This document shows positions 19,100 to 28,715 of a stretch of DNA of 64,000 nt, in pieces. Origin of the DNA: Evtepia sp. (GTDB taxonomy: Bacteria; Bacillota; Clostridia; Oscillospirales; Oscillospiraceae); the NCBI RefSeq assembly GCF_034090835.1, contig NZ_JAXDRS010000002.1:741-64740 (forward strand). Reading direction: 5' to 3'. Position 1 is the first letter of the stretch; the number at the start of each line of letters is the position of its first letter. The notes beneath the pieces were generated by a model. The model made no database searches, was not told where the DNA came from, and saw only the letters and a list, made by a program, of their open reading frames with translations. The translations under genes were made by a program, and so were the position numbers.

Positions 19100-19738
19100 T
19101 CACGGTGCGATGCAGAGAAGTTTCGTGAGATCACCGCTGCACAGTGCTTCCAGGTTCCGAAAGATCCTTTCCGGGTCCCAGTCCCACCACCGGAGTTCTT
19201 GCAGGCAGCGGGTCACTTCCGGGTCGAAGCGGGGACGGATGACACGGCAGGGGTTTCCCGCTGCGATGGCATAGGGCGGGACATCGCTGGCCACCACAGA
19301 GTTGGCACCGATGATAGCGCCGTCGCCAATGTGGACACCGGGCAGGACCGTGACATTTTGCCCCATCCATACATCGTTGCCCACGATGGTATCGCCTTTG
19401 AAGGTCAGATCCTGCGGGCCGGGGATCACCTTTTCCCATCCATGCCCAAAAATATAAAAGGGATAGGTGGTGGGTCCTTTCATGGGATGGTTGGCGCCAT
19501 TCATAATAAACTCTACCCCTTTTCCAATGGCGCAGAATTTTCCGATGATAAGCCTGTCTCCGATGAAGTCATAGTGGTGGGTCACATGGACTTCAAAGTC
19601 CTCGCCGCCGGTGGCGGCATCGTCATAGTAAGTATAGTCGCCGACCTGGATCGTGGGCCGGGTGATGACGTTTTTGATATAGCAGACGCTGGGGATATTC
19701 TCGTTGGGGTGGATATCGTCCGGGTTTGGTCCAAACAT
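19100..19738 (-). CDS. Vat/CatB-type hexapeptide O-acetyltransferase
   Basis: GPNP start, VGDYTYYDD, IGKFCAI, GNDVWMG, WWDW. Confidence 0.88.
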   Translation of the reverse strand: MFGPNPDDIHPNENIPSVCYIKNVITRPTIQVGDYTYYDDAATGGEDFEVHVTHHYDFIGDRLIIGKFCAIGKGVEFIMNGANHPMKGPTTYPFYIFGHGWEKVIPGPQDLTFKGDTIVGNDVWMGQNVTVLPGVHIGDGAIIGANSVVASDVPPYAIAAGNPCRVIRPRFDPEVTRCLQELRWWDWDPERIFRNLEALCSGDLTKLLCIAP

Positions 19739-19777
19739 AAGGGAGACCTCCTTGTGATCGGTTTCAGCTGCGGCTGG

Positions 19778-20491
19778 TCAGCCGTTGGGCTCGTTCAGTG
19801 TCCATCCGCCGTCGTTGTGGTAGATCATTTGACGGGTCATGCCGCCGTCGATACAGATGTTCTCCCCGGTGAGAAAGCCCGCTTTCTCAGAGCAGAGATA
19901 GAGCACCATATTGGCAATGTCCATGGGGTTGCCAACCCGTCCGGCAGGCTGCTGGAACGCATCGGGCCCCTGGTAGACCGTATATTCGGCGTCGATCCAG
20001 CCAGGCGAAATGGAGTTGACTCTCACTTTGCCCGCCAGGCTCACGGCCAGGGCATGGGTCAGGGCAGCGATACCGCCTTTGGCTGCGGTGTAGCTTTCAG
20101 TCTGCGGCTGACTCATTCGGTCCCGGGAGGAAGAAATGTTCACGATGGCCGCACCAGGGGCAAAGTGGGGAGCGAACAGCTTGGTAAGGTAAAAAGGGGC
20201 CGTGATCCCTACCCGCAGGGCATAGTTGAACGCTTCATAGGTGCATTCATCCAGGCCCATCATAAGGGGCAGGGCGTTGTTGATAAGATAGTCCACGTGG
20301 CCATAGTCCTTGATGACCTGGCGGGCAAAGGCTTCTAAAACGGTTTGGTCAGCCAGGTCTCCCACATAGTAGTCGTTGGGCAGAAGATCAATGACGCAGA
20401 CGATGGCTCCGGCCTTGCGAAATTCTTCGGCTATGGCCTTGCCGATGCCTTTGGCTCCGCCGGTAACGACAGCCACTTTGTGTTCAAACAT
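19778..20491 (-). CDS. SDR family oxidoreductase
   Basis: TGGAKGIG and YTAAK. Confidence 0.92.
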   Translation of the reverse strand: MFEHKVAVVTGGAKGIGKAIAEEFRKAGAIVCVIDLLPNDYYVGDLADQTVLEAFARQVIKDYGHVDYLINNALPLMMGLDECTYEAFNYALRVGITAPFYLTKLFAPHFAPGAAIVNISSSRDRMSQPQTESYTAAKGGIAALTHALAVSLAGKVRVNSISPGWIDAEYTVYQGPDAFQQPAGRVGNPMDIANMVLYLCSEKAGFLTGENICIDGGMTRQMIYHNDGGWTLNEPNG

Positions 20492-20503
20492 GACAGTTCC
20501 TCC

Positions 20504-20818
20504 TTACTCTGCATCCTCGTCCAGGGCCTCCACCAGAAAACTCACAGGCCGGAAACCATCGTTGCAGGAGAGCATGGCGGATCTGGGATCCTTCATCCAC
20601 CCGTCGTAGAAGTTTTCTGCCCCGTGGCTCAAGGCCAATACGAAAGGAGAGAGGGTGTCCCATGCACTGGGACAAAATCCCTCCGGTTTTTCCCAGCCGT
20701 TGGCAAGGAAGACCTGTCCCACCTCCATATCGCAGGCGTGGGAGATGGGATTCTCGTATTGGGCCATCAAGTCTTCGTACCGGGTGATACGCATAACGGT
20801 GATCCTGCATTTTTTCAT
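20504..20818 (-). CDS. TIGR04076-like protein
   Basis: KPEGFCPSAW and SCNDGFRPVSF. Confidence 0.8.
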   Translation of the reverse strand: MKKCRITVMRITRYEDLMAQYENPISHACDMEVGQVFLANGWEKPEGFCPSAWDTLSPFVLALSHGAENFYDGWMKDPRSAMLSCNDGFRPVSFLVEALDEDAE

Positions 20819-21225
20819 ATGATCCTTCCCTCACAGTGGTCGATTTCGTGCTGGATGATCTGGGCGGTCCAGCCGGTGAAGGTTTTCAGACGCTCCTGGA
20901 ATTTTTCGTTTTGCCAGCGGACCTTGATGGACTGAAACCGCTTGGCCGTGCGGGTTCCGGTAAGGGAGAGGCAGCCCTCTTCTGCTGAGTAAGGGCCGGA
21001 CTTTTTGATGATCTCCGGATTAAACATCACCATGTAGCTGCCTTCGTTGTCAAAGGCGATGATACGCTTGTTCACGCCGATCATGTTTGCTGCCATACCC
21101 ACACAGCCCGCTTTGTGGTGTGCCAAAGTTTCCAGCAGGTCTGCGGCAACGGGCAGGTCGTCTGGTGTAGCAGGCTCGGCCTTCTGGGCCAGAAAGGTTT
21201 CATCTTTGCAAATATCCCGAATCAT
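20815..21225 (-). CDS. def: peptide deformylase
   Basis: CVGMAANMIG, EGCLS, QHEIDH; start MIRDIC with RBS GAGGAG. Confidence 0.9.
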   Translation of the reverse strand: MIRDICKDETFLAQKAEPATPDDLPVAADLLETLAHHKAGCVGMAANMIGVNKRIIAFDNEGSYMVMFNPEIIKKSGPYSAEEGCLSLTGTRTAKRFQSIKVRWQNEKFQERLKTFTGWTAQIIQHEIDHCEGRII

Positions 21226-21250
21226 AAACGGTCTCCTCACATCCTGTCTC

Positions 21251-21733
21251 TTATCCACGCCAGTTGGCCAAAGGATAAGTATCGTTTTTCTTTCGATATG
21301 CCTGTAAAAGTTGTCCTTCACGCAGGCTTGGGTTCTCGCAGACCTCGTATGCCAATAAAAGATGCTCAGCATTTTCGATTTGCCAAATCGCCCGACCGCC
21401 TTGATGGACCATTCCAATCCCCTGTCCGTATGCCATGTACTGTTTGATTCTTTGACGAAGCCCACGCCTTCCTTCCGCTTTCCCGATATAGAGGATCCTG
21501 TGGTCAGCACAGCGCTCAAATTTTTTACGAAGTGTTGGGATAGAGTAGAGCTTTGCTCTGGGGTGATAGCGTTTCGAATGGAAATGGACTGACCTTCCTT
21601 CCGGGAGCAAAACCCAATAGATCCCTGGTTCCTTGGGAATTGTTTGGCAGCCATTGGCGAAAAGTTCCAGCAGTGTCATGGGGGACTCTGCTGCCTGAGG
21701 CGGAAGGATTCCACATTCAAACTGTTCACTCAT
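21251..21733 (-). CDS. hypothetical protein with GIY-YIG-like motifs
   Basis: PGIYWV ... LYIGKA ... LRQRIKQY ... PLANW. Confidence 0.6.
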   Translation of the reverse strand: MSEQFECGILPPQAAESPMTLLELFANGCQTIPKEPGIYWVLLPEGRSVHFHSKRYHPRAKLYSIPTLRKKFERCADHRILYIGKAEGRRGLRQRIKQYMAYGQGIGMVHQGGRAIWQIENAEHLLLAYEVCENPSLREGQLLQAYRKKNDTYPLANWRG

Positions 21734-22113
21734 GGCTCTGTCTCATAGGGCCAGGTGTTGATGCCTCCGAATTCATAGAGATTGGTATAGCCAAGCTTTG
21801 CCAGAGCGGCGGCTGCAGTCTTGCTTCGGTTTCCGCTGCGGCAGTAGACCAGCACGGTGGCATCTTTTGCAGGGATGGCATCAGCGGCGGTGGTTTCGTC
21901 GATGGTCCCCACGGGCAAGAGGACAGCGCCGGGGATATGGCCGCTGTCGTACTCGTTCTGTTCCCGTACGTCCAGAACGATGACCTCCTGCATGTCCATC
22001 ATTGCTTTTGCTTCCTCCTGGCTGATCTGCTGGTATCCAGTGCCGGCAGAGCCGCTGCCGCATCCGGCCAGCAGCAGGAGAAGAGAGAGAAGAAGGGAAA
22101 GGAGTCGTTTCAT
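21730..22113 (-). CDS. rhodanese-like lipoprotein
   Basis: Lipobox LAGC, LDVRE, GHIPGA, YCRSGNRS. Confidence 0.9.
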   Translation of the reverse strand: MKRLLSLLLSLLLLLAGCGSGSAGTGYQQISQEEAKAMMDMQEVIVLDVREQNEYDSGHIPGAVLLPVGTIDETTAADAIPAKDATVLVYCRSGNRSKTAAAALAKLGYTNLYEFGGINTWPYETEP

Positions 22114-22642
22114 ATTAGTACCTCCAAAAGTCCAGAAGCAAAAGCCTGGTGGCCCTGCTCCGTAAAATGTGCGCCGTCATAGGCCAGAGAGATCTTCCAC
22201 CTTCCAGCATCGGCAAAGCGCAGCCCAAGCTGACCAGCCAGGGCCCGGCAGAGCTGGGCAAACCGGTGAGAACGATCGATCAGCTGCTGTTCCTGTATCC
22301 ATGCCCCTGGGGAGAAGGGAGGCGGTGCAATCAGCAGGATCTTTTCCCTTGCCAGGGGAAGGCCCTGCAGGAACCCCTCTAACCGTTTTGCAGCCTCTTC
22401 CGGGCTGCGGCCCTGCAGCAGATCATTGCTGCCCAGCATGAGGATCAAGAGATCCGTATCTTTGGGAAGAACAGGGGCAGACAAAGGGATCTCCTGGCCG
22501 TTTTCACCCCAGTTCCAGACCGTCCATCCGGTTTTTGCGGCCAGAATATCCACCCATCGGCTGTCAGGGTCATAGCGGCCGCCCAGCCAGGAGCGAGGAT
22601 CGTAACCATATGTGTTGGAATGCCGATACAAATGACCTTCAT
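22110..22642 (-). pseudogene. SGNH/GDSL hydrolase with a 1-bp frameshift in the GDS motif
   Basis: MKVICIG in one frame and SNTYGYDPR...LGSNDLL...DGAHF in another. Restoring one G at ~22621 gives GDSNT. Confidence 0.75.
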
Positions 22643-22818
22643 ATGACACCTTCTTTATGAACGGTGACCTTTGTTCCTATCATACCGTCTGCCTTTGGGC
22701 GCTGTCAATGATGCAATTTCAGCCGCTGGTTCTGGAATGATCCGGAAAAACCAAACGCAACCGGAGGAGCAACGTCTGTACGTTGTCCCTCCGGTACAGA
22801 GACAGGAAAGGGGATTCC

Positions 22819-23001
22819 TTATACATTGTCCTGGCGGTCAGGGTCCTGGTTCTTCCTCTGGCGGCAGACGGAACACTCGGCGCAATGACTGCAGCTGTGG
22901 CCGCAGCCAGCGCAGCTCCCTTTCCGTTTTCGGAGAAAGCGCAGCGCAGCAATGGCCCCCACTACGATCAGCAGCAGAAGCGCAAGACTTTGCGGGTTCA
23001 T
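22819..23001 (-). CDS. FeoB-associated Cys-rich membrane protein
   Basis: One TM then GSCAGCGHSCSHCAECSVC; overlaps the feoB stop. Confidence 0.8.
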   Translation of the reverse strand: MNPQSLALLLLIVVGAIAALRFLRKRKGSCAGCGHSCSHCAECSVCRQRKNQDPDRQDNV

Positions 23002-25370
23002 ATGCCCAGCCCCAATGCCATCCCCAGAAGACGGATGACCAGCGCACAGATCCAGGCTATAACGCACTGTCCAAAGACCACCCCTGCTGCCCATTTGGTC
23101 CCCAGCTCCCGTTTGATGGAAGAAATGGCAGCCACGCAGGGAGTATACAAAAGACAGAACACCAAAAGGGAGGCCGCAGCCAGGGGCGTCAGTGCAGCCA
23201 GGAGCTGTTCTGCCCCGCCAAAGAGCACAGACAGGGTAGAGACTACGCTCTCCTTGGCCATGAACCCGGCGATCAGGGCGGTAGAGATCCGCCAGTCTCC
23301 GAACCCGAGAGGGGCAAAGAGAGGTGCGATCAGACCTGCGATGACAGCCAGCATACTGTGCTGGGAGTCTGTCACGATATTCAGATGGAAATCAAAGGTC
23401 TGCAGGAACCACACAACAATGGTAGCCAGGAAGATGACGGTAAAGGCCCGCTGCAAAAAGTCTTTGGCCTTATCCCACAGAAGATGGGCTACATTTTTTC
23501 CTCCGGGCATCCGGTAGTTGGGCAGCTCCATGACAAAGGGAACGGCTTCCCCTTTAAAGATGGTACTTTTTGAAAGGAGAGCAGCCAGAATTCCAACCAG
23601 AATACCGAAGAAATAGAGGGCTACCATGATGAGGCCGGCATAGTTTGGAAAGAAGATAGCGGTAAAGAACCCGTAAATGGGAAGTTTGGCCGAGCAGCTC
23701 ATAAAGGGAGTCAGAAGGATGGTCATCTTTCGGTCCCGTTCGGAAGGAAGGGTCCGGCTGGCCATAACGCCGGGGACAGTGCAGCCGAAGCCGATGAGCA
23801 TGGGTACGATGCTTCGTCCGGACAGACCGATTTTCCGCAGGAGCTTATCCATGACGAACGCCACGCGCGCCATATATCCGCTGTCTTCCAACATGGACAG
23901 GAAAAAGAAGAGTGTTACGATGATGGGTACAAAACTCAGCACGCTGCCCACTCCGTTGAAAATGCCGTCGATCACTAGGGAGTGGAGCACGTCGTTGATG
24001 TTCCAGGCAGTAAGAAGCCCATCCACCCAGTCGGTCAGCCAGCCGATCCCGGTTTCCAGCCACTTCTGGAGCCAGGCGCCGATGACATGGAAGGTGAGGA
24101 AAAACACCAGACCCATGATACAGACAAAGGAGGGGATGGCGGTGTATTTACCGGTGAGCAGCCGGTCGATCTTCCGGCTCCGCTCGTGCTCTTTGCTCTC
24201 TCTTGGCTTAACTACTGTGAGCTGACAGAGCTTTTGGATGAAAGAAAAACGCATATCCGCAATGGCGGCGGCCCGATCCAGGCCCCGCTCCTCTTCCATT
24301 TGAGCGATGATATGCTCCAGCATTTCCTTTTCGTTCTGGGTCAGGTGCAGGGCGTCCAGAATGAGCGGGTCACCCTCCACCAGCTTACTGGCGGCAAACC
24401 GCACCGGGATACCGGCTGCTTTTGCATGGTCCTCCACCAGGTGCATGATACCGTGGAGACATCGATGGACTGCGCCGCCGTGGTCATTCTTATCGCAGAA
24501 GTCGGTCCGGCCAGGACGCTCTTGGTACTGGGCCACGTGCAGGGCGTGATTTACCAACTCTGCTACGCCTTCATTTTTAAACGCAGCAATGGGAACCACG
24601 GGGATTCCCAGCATATCTTCCATCTCATTGATATGGATCGAGCCGCCATTTCCGCGCACTTCATCCATCATGTTGAGAGCCAGCACCATGGGCACGTCCA
24701 GCTCCATGAGCTGCATGGTCAGGTAGAGGTTACGCTCAATGTTGGTGGCGTCCACGATATTGATGATACCGGTAGGCTTTTCATTCAGGATGAACTGCCG
24801 GGAAACGATCTCCTCGTTGGTGTAAGGGGAGAGGGAGTAGATGCCTGGCAGGTCGGTGACCAGGGTGTTCTCGTGCCCCCGGATGGTGCCGCTCTTCCGA
24901 TCCACCGTGACACCGGGGAAGTTGCCCACATGCTGGTTTGAGCCGGTCAGCTGATTAAATAAGGTGGTTTTTCCACAGTTCTGGTTGCCCGCCAGGGCAA
25001 AGGTGAGCTGAGTCCCCTCGGGCAGGGGACATTCCTCTGCCTTTACGTGGTACTTGCCGCCCTCGCCCAGTCCGGGGTGTTCCCGCAGCTTTACGTGGCC
25101 GAAATACTCGGTAGGGTATGATTCATCCTTGGAATGGTGATACTGTTGGGGAGGGGAGACGGTGATCTTTTCTGCGTCGGCCAGACGCAGGGTAAGTTCA
25201 TACCCGTGAATTCGCAGCTCCATAGGGTCACCCAGAGGAGCGTATTTGGTCAAGGTGACTTCTGCACCGGGGATAACGCCCATATCCAGAAAGTGCTGGC
25301 GGAGGGAGCCTTCCCCGCCCACCGCTGTGATCACAACGGTGTCGCCCAGGTTGATTTCTTTCAGGGTCAT
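22998..25370 (-). CDS. feoB: ferrous iron transporter FeoB with N-terminal FeoA domain
   Basis: FeoA-like APLGDP; GNQNCGKT, GNFPGVTV, DLPG; FeoB membrane domain. Confidence 0.95.
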   Translation of the reverse strand: MTLKEINLGDTVVITAVGGEGSLRQHFLDMGVIPGAEVTLTKYAPLGDPMELRIHGYELTLRLADAEKITVSPPQQYHHSKDESYPTEYFGHVKLREHPGLGEGGKYHVKAEECPLPEGTQLTFALAGNQNCGKTTLFNQLTGSNQHVGNFPGVTVDRKSGTIRGHENTLVTDLPGIYSLSPYTNEEIVSRQFILNEKPTGIINIVDATNIERNLYLTMQLMELDVPMVLALNMMDEVRGNGGSIHINEMEDMLGIPVVPIAAFKNEGVAELVNHALHVAQYQERPGRTDFCDKNDHGGAVHRCLHGIMHLVEDHAKAAGIPVRFAASKLVEGDPLILDALHLTQNEKEMLEHIIAQMEEERGLDRAAAIADMRFSFIQKLCQLTVVKPRESKEHERSRKIDRLLTGKYTAIPSFVCIMGLVFFLTFHVIGAWLQKWLETGIGWLTDWVDGLLTAWNINDVLHSLVIDGIFNGVGSVLSFVPIIVTLFFFLSMLEDSGYMARVAFVMDKLLRKIGLSGRSIVPMLIGFGCTVPGVMASRTLPSERDRKMTILLTPFMSCSAKLPIYGFFTAIFFPNYAGLIMVALYFFGILVGILAALLSKSTIFKGEAVPFVMELPNYRMPGGKNVAHLLWDKAKDFLQRAFTVIFLATIVVWFLQTFDFHLNIVTDSQHSMLAVIAGLIAPLFAPLGFGDWRISTALIAGFMAKESVVSTLSVLFGGAEQLLAALTPLAAASLLVFCLLYTPCVAAISSIKRELGTKWAAGVVFGQCVIAWICALVIRLLGMALGLGI

Positions 25371-25388
25371 AGGTTGCTGGCACCTCCT

Positions 25389-26426
25389 TTACGCCCGGAT
25401 GGCCCAACGCATCTTGGTGGAGTGGGCCCGGGGATTTCTGCTGCATTCCTCCCGGGAGGGGCGAATGACTTCTCTGGCAAAGTCAGAATAGACCCCTTCC
25501 CGGTATCCGCTCCGAAAGGCCTGCTTGACCAGACGATCCTCTCCGGAGTGGAAGGTGAGGATGGCGATCTTCCCACCGGGTTTGACAATGGAGGGGAGCT
25601 TTTCCAAAAAGGTATATAAAACCTCGAATTCACTGTTCACATCGATCCGCAGAGCCTGAAAGGTCCGCTGGCAGGACTTCTTGACCGCTTCTTTTTGTTC
25701 CTTAGCAGGGAGGAAGGAGAGGGCCCCTTCCACGCACGCCGCCAGCTGTCGGGTGGTTTCGATGGCCCCGCCTCTTTTCAGCGCAGCGGCGATGGCTTTT
25801 GCGATCTGACTGGCGTAGGGCTCATCAGCGTTTTCCCGCAGCATGTCTTCCAGTTCTTCCCGGTTCAGTTCCCGGAGCCGCTGGGCGGCGGTGACGCCAG
25901 CTGTCGGGTCCAGACGAAGATCCAAAGGACCGTCCTGTTTGAAGGTGAAGCCCCGTTCCGGGTTGTCGATCTGCATGGAGGAAACGCCCAGATCCGCCAA
26001 AACGAAATCAAATTTTTCCGGGGGAACGATCTGATCCACAGCGGAGAAGTTCATACGATGGGCGGAAAAAAGGCCGGGACCATATCCCAGCCCTTCCAGC
26101 CGGCGTTTGGTTTTTTCGATCTCAATGGGGTCCACATCGGTGGCGTGGAGATGCCCCTGGCCATTTAGACATTCCAACAGCTTCCTGGAGTGGCCGCCGT
26201 AGCCCAGGGTGGCGTCCAGACCAACCTGTCCAGGCTGTACATTGAGAAAGGAAAGGATCTCATTGACACAGATGGGAATGTGCATTCCAGCGGGGGTTTT
26301 TCCTTTTTCTATGATTTTATTCACATCCTCCTGGTACCGCTCAGGATCGAGTTCCTTGTATTTCTCCTGAAAGGTGCGAGGGTGGGTTCCTTTATAGCGG
26401 ATTCTTCGCTTGTGTTCTTGTTCCAT
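25389..26426 (-). CDS. rsmH: 16S rRNA m4C1402 methyltransferase RsmH (MraW) family
   Basis: DATLGYGGHS, DLGVSSMQID, TFHSGEDR, NPRAHSTKMR. Confidence 0.9.
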   Translation of the reverse strand: MEQEHKRRIRYKGTHPRTFQEKYKELDPERYQEDVNKIIEKGKTPAGMHIPICVNEILSFLNVQPGQVGLDATLGYGGHSRKLLECLNGQGHLHATDVDPIEIEKTKRRLEGLGYGPGLFSAHRMNFSAVDQIVPPEKFDFVLADLGVSSMQIDNPERGFTFKQDGPLDLRLDPTAGVTAAQRLRELNREELEDMLRENADEPYASQIAKAIAAALKRGGAIETTRQLAACVEGALSFLPAKEQKEAVKKSCQRTFQALRIDVNSEFEVLYTFLEKLPSIVKPGGKIAILTFHSGEDRLVKQAFRSGYREGVYSDFAREVIRPSREECSRNPRAHSTKMRWAIRA

Positions 26427-26532
26427 AAGGGTTCTCCTTTATATCGTTGCACAGGTGTATTGTAACTTGAATCCAAACAGGATGCAAGGGGAGAGGTAAG
26501 GCAAAAAAATTTCAATTTTTTTCATTTTCCTC

Positions 26533-26560
26533 TTGACTTTTTCCGGATGTCTGCTATACT
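26533..26560 (+). promoter_or_regulatory. sigma-A promoter of tRNA-Ser
   Basis: TTGACT - 16 bp - TATACT with extended TG and an AT-rich upstream region. Confidence 0.7.
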
Positions 26561-26603
26561 ATCGATGTTGCCTTTCGAAAGGGAACAAGAAAAAATCAGA
26601 AAT

Positions 26604-26696
26604 GGAGAAGTCGCGTAGTTTGGTCGAGCGCGCACGATTGGAAATCGTGTAGGCCTCAAAAGGGTCTCGAGGGTTCGAATCCCTCCTTCTCCGCCA
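26604..26696 (+). tRNA. tRNA-Ser (GGA)
   Basis: Acceptor GGAGAAG/CTTCTCC, anticodon arm CACGA-TTGGAAA-TCGTG, long variable arm, GGTTCGAATCC, encoded CCA. Confidence 0.95.
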
Positions 26697-26700
26697 GAAT

Positions 26701-26735
26701 GAAAAGCCCTGAACCGCAACGGTTCAGGGCTTTTC
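26701..26735 (+). terminator. terminator after tRNA-Ser
   Basis: GAAAAGCCCTGAACC GCAAC GGTTCAGGGCTTTTC. Confidence 0.85.
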
Positions 26736-26800
26736 CTTATCTGTCCCCCCTCAGACCTGAGAGGGGAGGGACAAACAAACCACGGAAGGAGAGCATGGCT

Positions 26801-27562
26801 ATGTATGAGCTGATTCAAGTGGCAGAACGGACCTACTATATCCAGTCTCCCGCCAAGATTGGACTGGTCCGCCTGAATGATACGGATGTCTGCCTGATCG
26901 ACAGCGGCAACGACAAGGACGCCGGGAGAAAAATACGGAAACTCTTGGAGGAAAAAGGCTGGCGGCTGACGGCCATCTATAACACCCATTCCAACGCCGA
27001 CCACATCGGGGGCAACAAATACTTACAGGACCAGACTGGGTGCAAGATCTATGCCCCGGGGATCGAGTGCGACTTTACCCGCCACACCATCCTGGAGCCG
27101 GCATTTCTTTACGGTGGTTTCCCCTGCAAAGACTTGAGACACAAATTCCTGCTGGCACAGGGAAGCAGCGCAGAACCCCTGACCGAAGACTGCATGCCGG
27201 AGGGCTTTGAGATCATACCGCTGCCGGGGCATTTTTTTGATATGGTGGGCTACCGAACTCCGGACAATGTGGTGTTTTTAGCGGATTGTCTGTCCAGCCG
27301 AGAGACCCTGGAAAAATACCGGATCGGCGTTCTCTACGATGTGGATGCCTATCTCAAGACTCTGGAGCTGGTGAAGGGAATGGAGGCGGCCCTTTTTGTC
27401 CCCTCTCACGCAGAGGCAGCAGAAGACGTGGGAGAACTGGCCCAGTATAATATCGACAAAGTGAGGGAGACGGCTGACTATATTCAGTCCCTTTGCGCAG
27501 CACCCCGCAGCACAGAGGAGATTTTACAGACCCTCTTTACAGACTATGGTCTGACCATCTGA
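26801..27562 (+). CDS. MBL-fold metallo-hydrolase (possibly C-terminally truncated)
   Basis: THSNADHIGG, LPGH, LADC, PSH motifs; ends abruptly at DYGLTI*. Confidence 0.8.
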   Translation: MYELIQVAERTYYIQSPAKIGLVRLNDTDVCLIDSGNDKDAGRKIRKLLEEKGWRLTAIYNTHSNADHIGGNKYLQDQTGCKIYAPGIECDFTRHTILEPAFLYGGFPCKDLRHKFLLAQGSSAEPLTEDCMPEGFEIIPLPGHFFDMVGYRTPDNVVFLADCLSSRETLEKYRIGVLYDVDAYLKTLELVKGMEAALFVPSHAEAAEDVGELAQYNIDKVRETADYIQSLCAAPRSTEEILQTLFTDYGLTI

Positions 27563-27652
27563 ATTTATTCTTTTCACTTTGAAAACAATCGCCTTCTTTA
27601 TAATCAAGTTAGACCCCCTATCCTCCGTTTCATACGGAGGCAGGGGGCTTTT

Positions 27653-28654
27653 TCAGTCGTTGGGGATTGATTCGTGATCGCTTTTTTTCACTTTGGCCAA
27701 TGGATTGGCGTCCATGGCGGTTTTCAGGCTGGAATCGGAGACGTGAGTGTAGATCTGAGTGGTGCCCAGGTTTTCGTGGCCCAGAACATCCTGTAGGGTG
27801 CGGATGTCTACGCCGTGGTCTAACATCAGAGTAGCGGCGGTGTGACGGAGTTTATGAGGGGAGTAAGCCGGGTCCAGCCCCGCTTTGAGGACTGTTTTCC
27901 GTACAATGTTTTCTACCGCCCTTGTGGTGAGGCGGGTCTTATTCCGAGAGACGAAGAGGGCATCTTTATGTCTGGGATCGTCTTTTGGGTCCGGCCGTTG
28001 GGCGAGATAGGCTTGCAGCGCATCCAGGCAGGCCTGATTCAAATAGAGCTGCCGTTCCTTATTTCCTTTGCCAAGAATCCGCACAGTATCGTCCCGGATA
28101 TCCCGGAGGTTCAGCCCAACCACTTCGCTGACCCGGAGGCCGCAGTTGAGCAGCAGGGTAAGGATGCAGTAGTCCCGCACCTCATTGGGCCCAGATACAG
28201 CTTCCAGCAAACGGATGCTTTCCGTCAGGGAGAGGTAGCGCGGGAGGGATTTCCGGAGTTTTGGATTGTTCAGTGCTTGAGTAGGATTTTCTGCAATCCG
28301 ATTGGTATGGACGCAAAGATAGTGATAGAAGGAGCGAATGGACGCACATTTTCTGGCCCGGGTGGAAGCTGCCGCTTTCGCAGAACCGTTGCTGCCTTCT
28401 AAAAAGGTAAGGAATCCATAAATCTCGGAGAGTTGTACGCTGGCCGCCAGGGTCAGATCTACGTCGTCAATGGGGATCTCTTGAAACGGTATCTCTGCCA
28501 GCGAAGGATCTCGCCGCAGTTTGATGTAACGAAAAAAAGCACGGAGGTCAAAGTAGTATTCGTTGACCGTTTTTGCGGAATGGGACAGAATGGATTCGTG
28601 GTAGTCCAGAAATTCCTGCAATAAGGGTGAAATGGACGTGGGATGGTCTGTCAT
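27653..28654 (-). CDS. xerC: XerC/D-type tyrosine recombinase
   Basis: GLRVSE, GKGNKER, HKLRH, LGHENLGTTQIYTH; N-terminal SAM-like domain; start MTDHPT with RBS AAGGA. Confidence 0.85.
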   Translation of the reverse strand: MTDHPTSISPLLQEFLDYHESILSHSAKTVNEYYFDLRAFFRYIKLRRDPSLAEIPFQEIPIDDVDLTLAASVQLSEIYGFLTFLEGSNGSAKAAASTRARKCASIRSFYHYLCVHTNRIAENPTQALNNPKLRKSLPRYLSLTESIRLLEAVSGPNEVRDYCILTLLLNCGLRVSEVVGLNLRDIRDDTVRILGKGNKERQLYLNQACLDALQAYLAQRPDPKDDPRHKDALFVSRNKTRLTTRAVENIVRKTVLKAGLDPAYSPHKLRHTAATLMLDHGVDIRTLQDVLGHENLGTTQIYTHVSDSSLKTAMDANPLAKVKKSDHESIPND

Positions 28655-28687
28655 AGAGTATTCCTTTCTTTTCTTTTCTAACCTCCA

Positions 28688-28715
28688 ACTTCGCAAAATA
28701 CATATTTTGCGAAGT
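28688..28715. other. dif/lox-like symmetric recombinase site
   Basis: ACTTCGCAAAA-TACATA-TTTTGCGAAGT (11-6-11, perfect arms) 33 bp upstream of the recombinase start. Confidence 0.6.

Noticed and set aside
20815..21654. 279-aa extended peptide deformylase
   Set aside because: The extension overlaps another ORF; a proper RBS and ATG lie at 21225.
26604..28654. Integrative island at tRNA-Ser using the nearby tyrosine recombinase
   Set aside because: No duplicated tRNA 3' end was seen, the recombinase is Xer-like, and the flanking genes are core-type.
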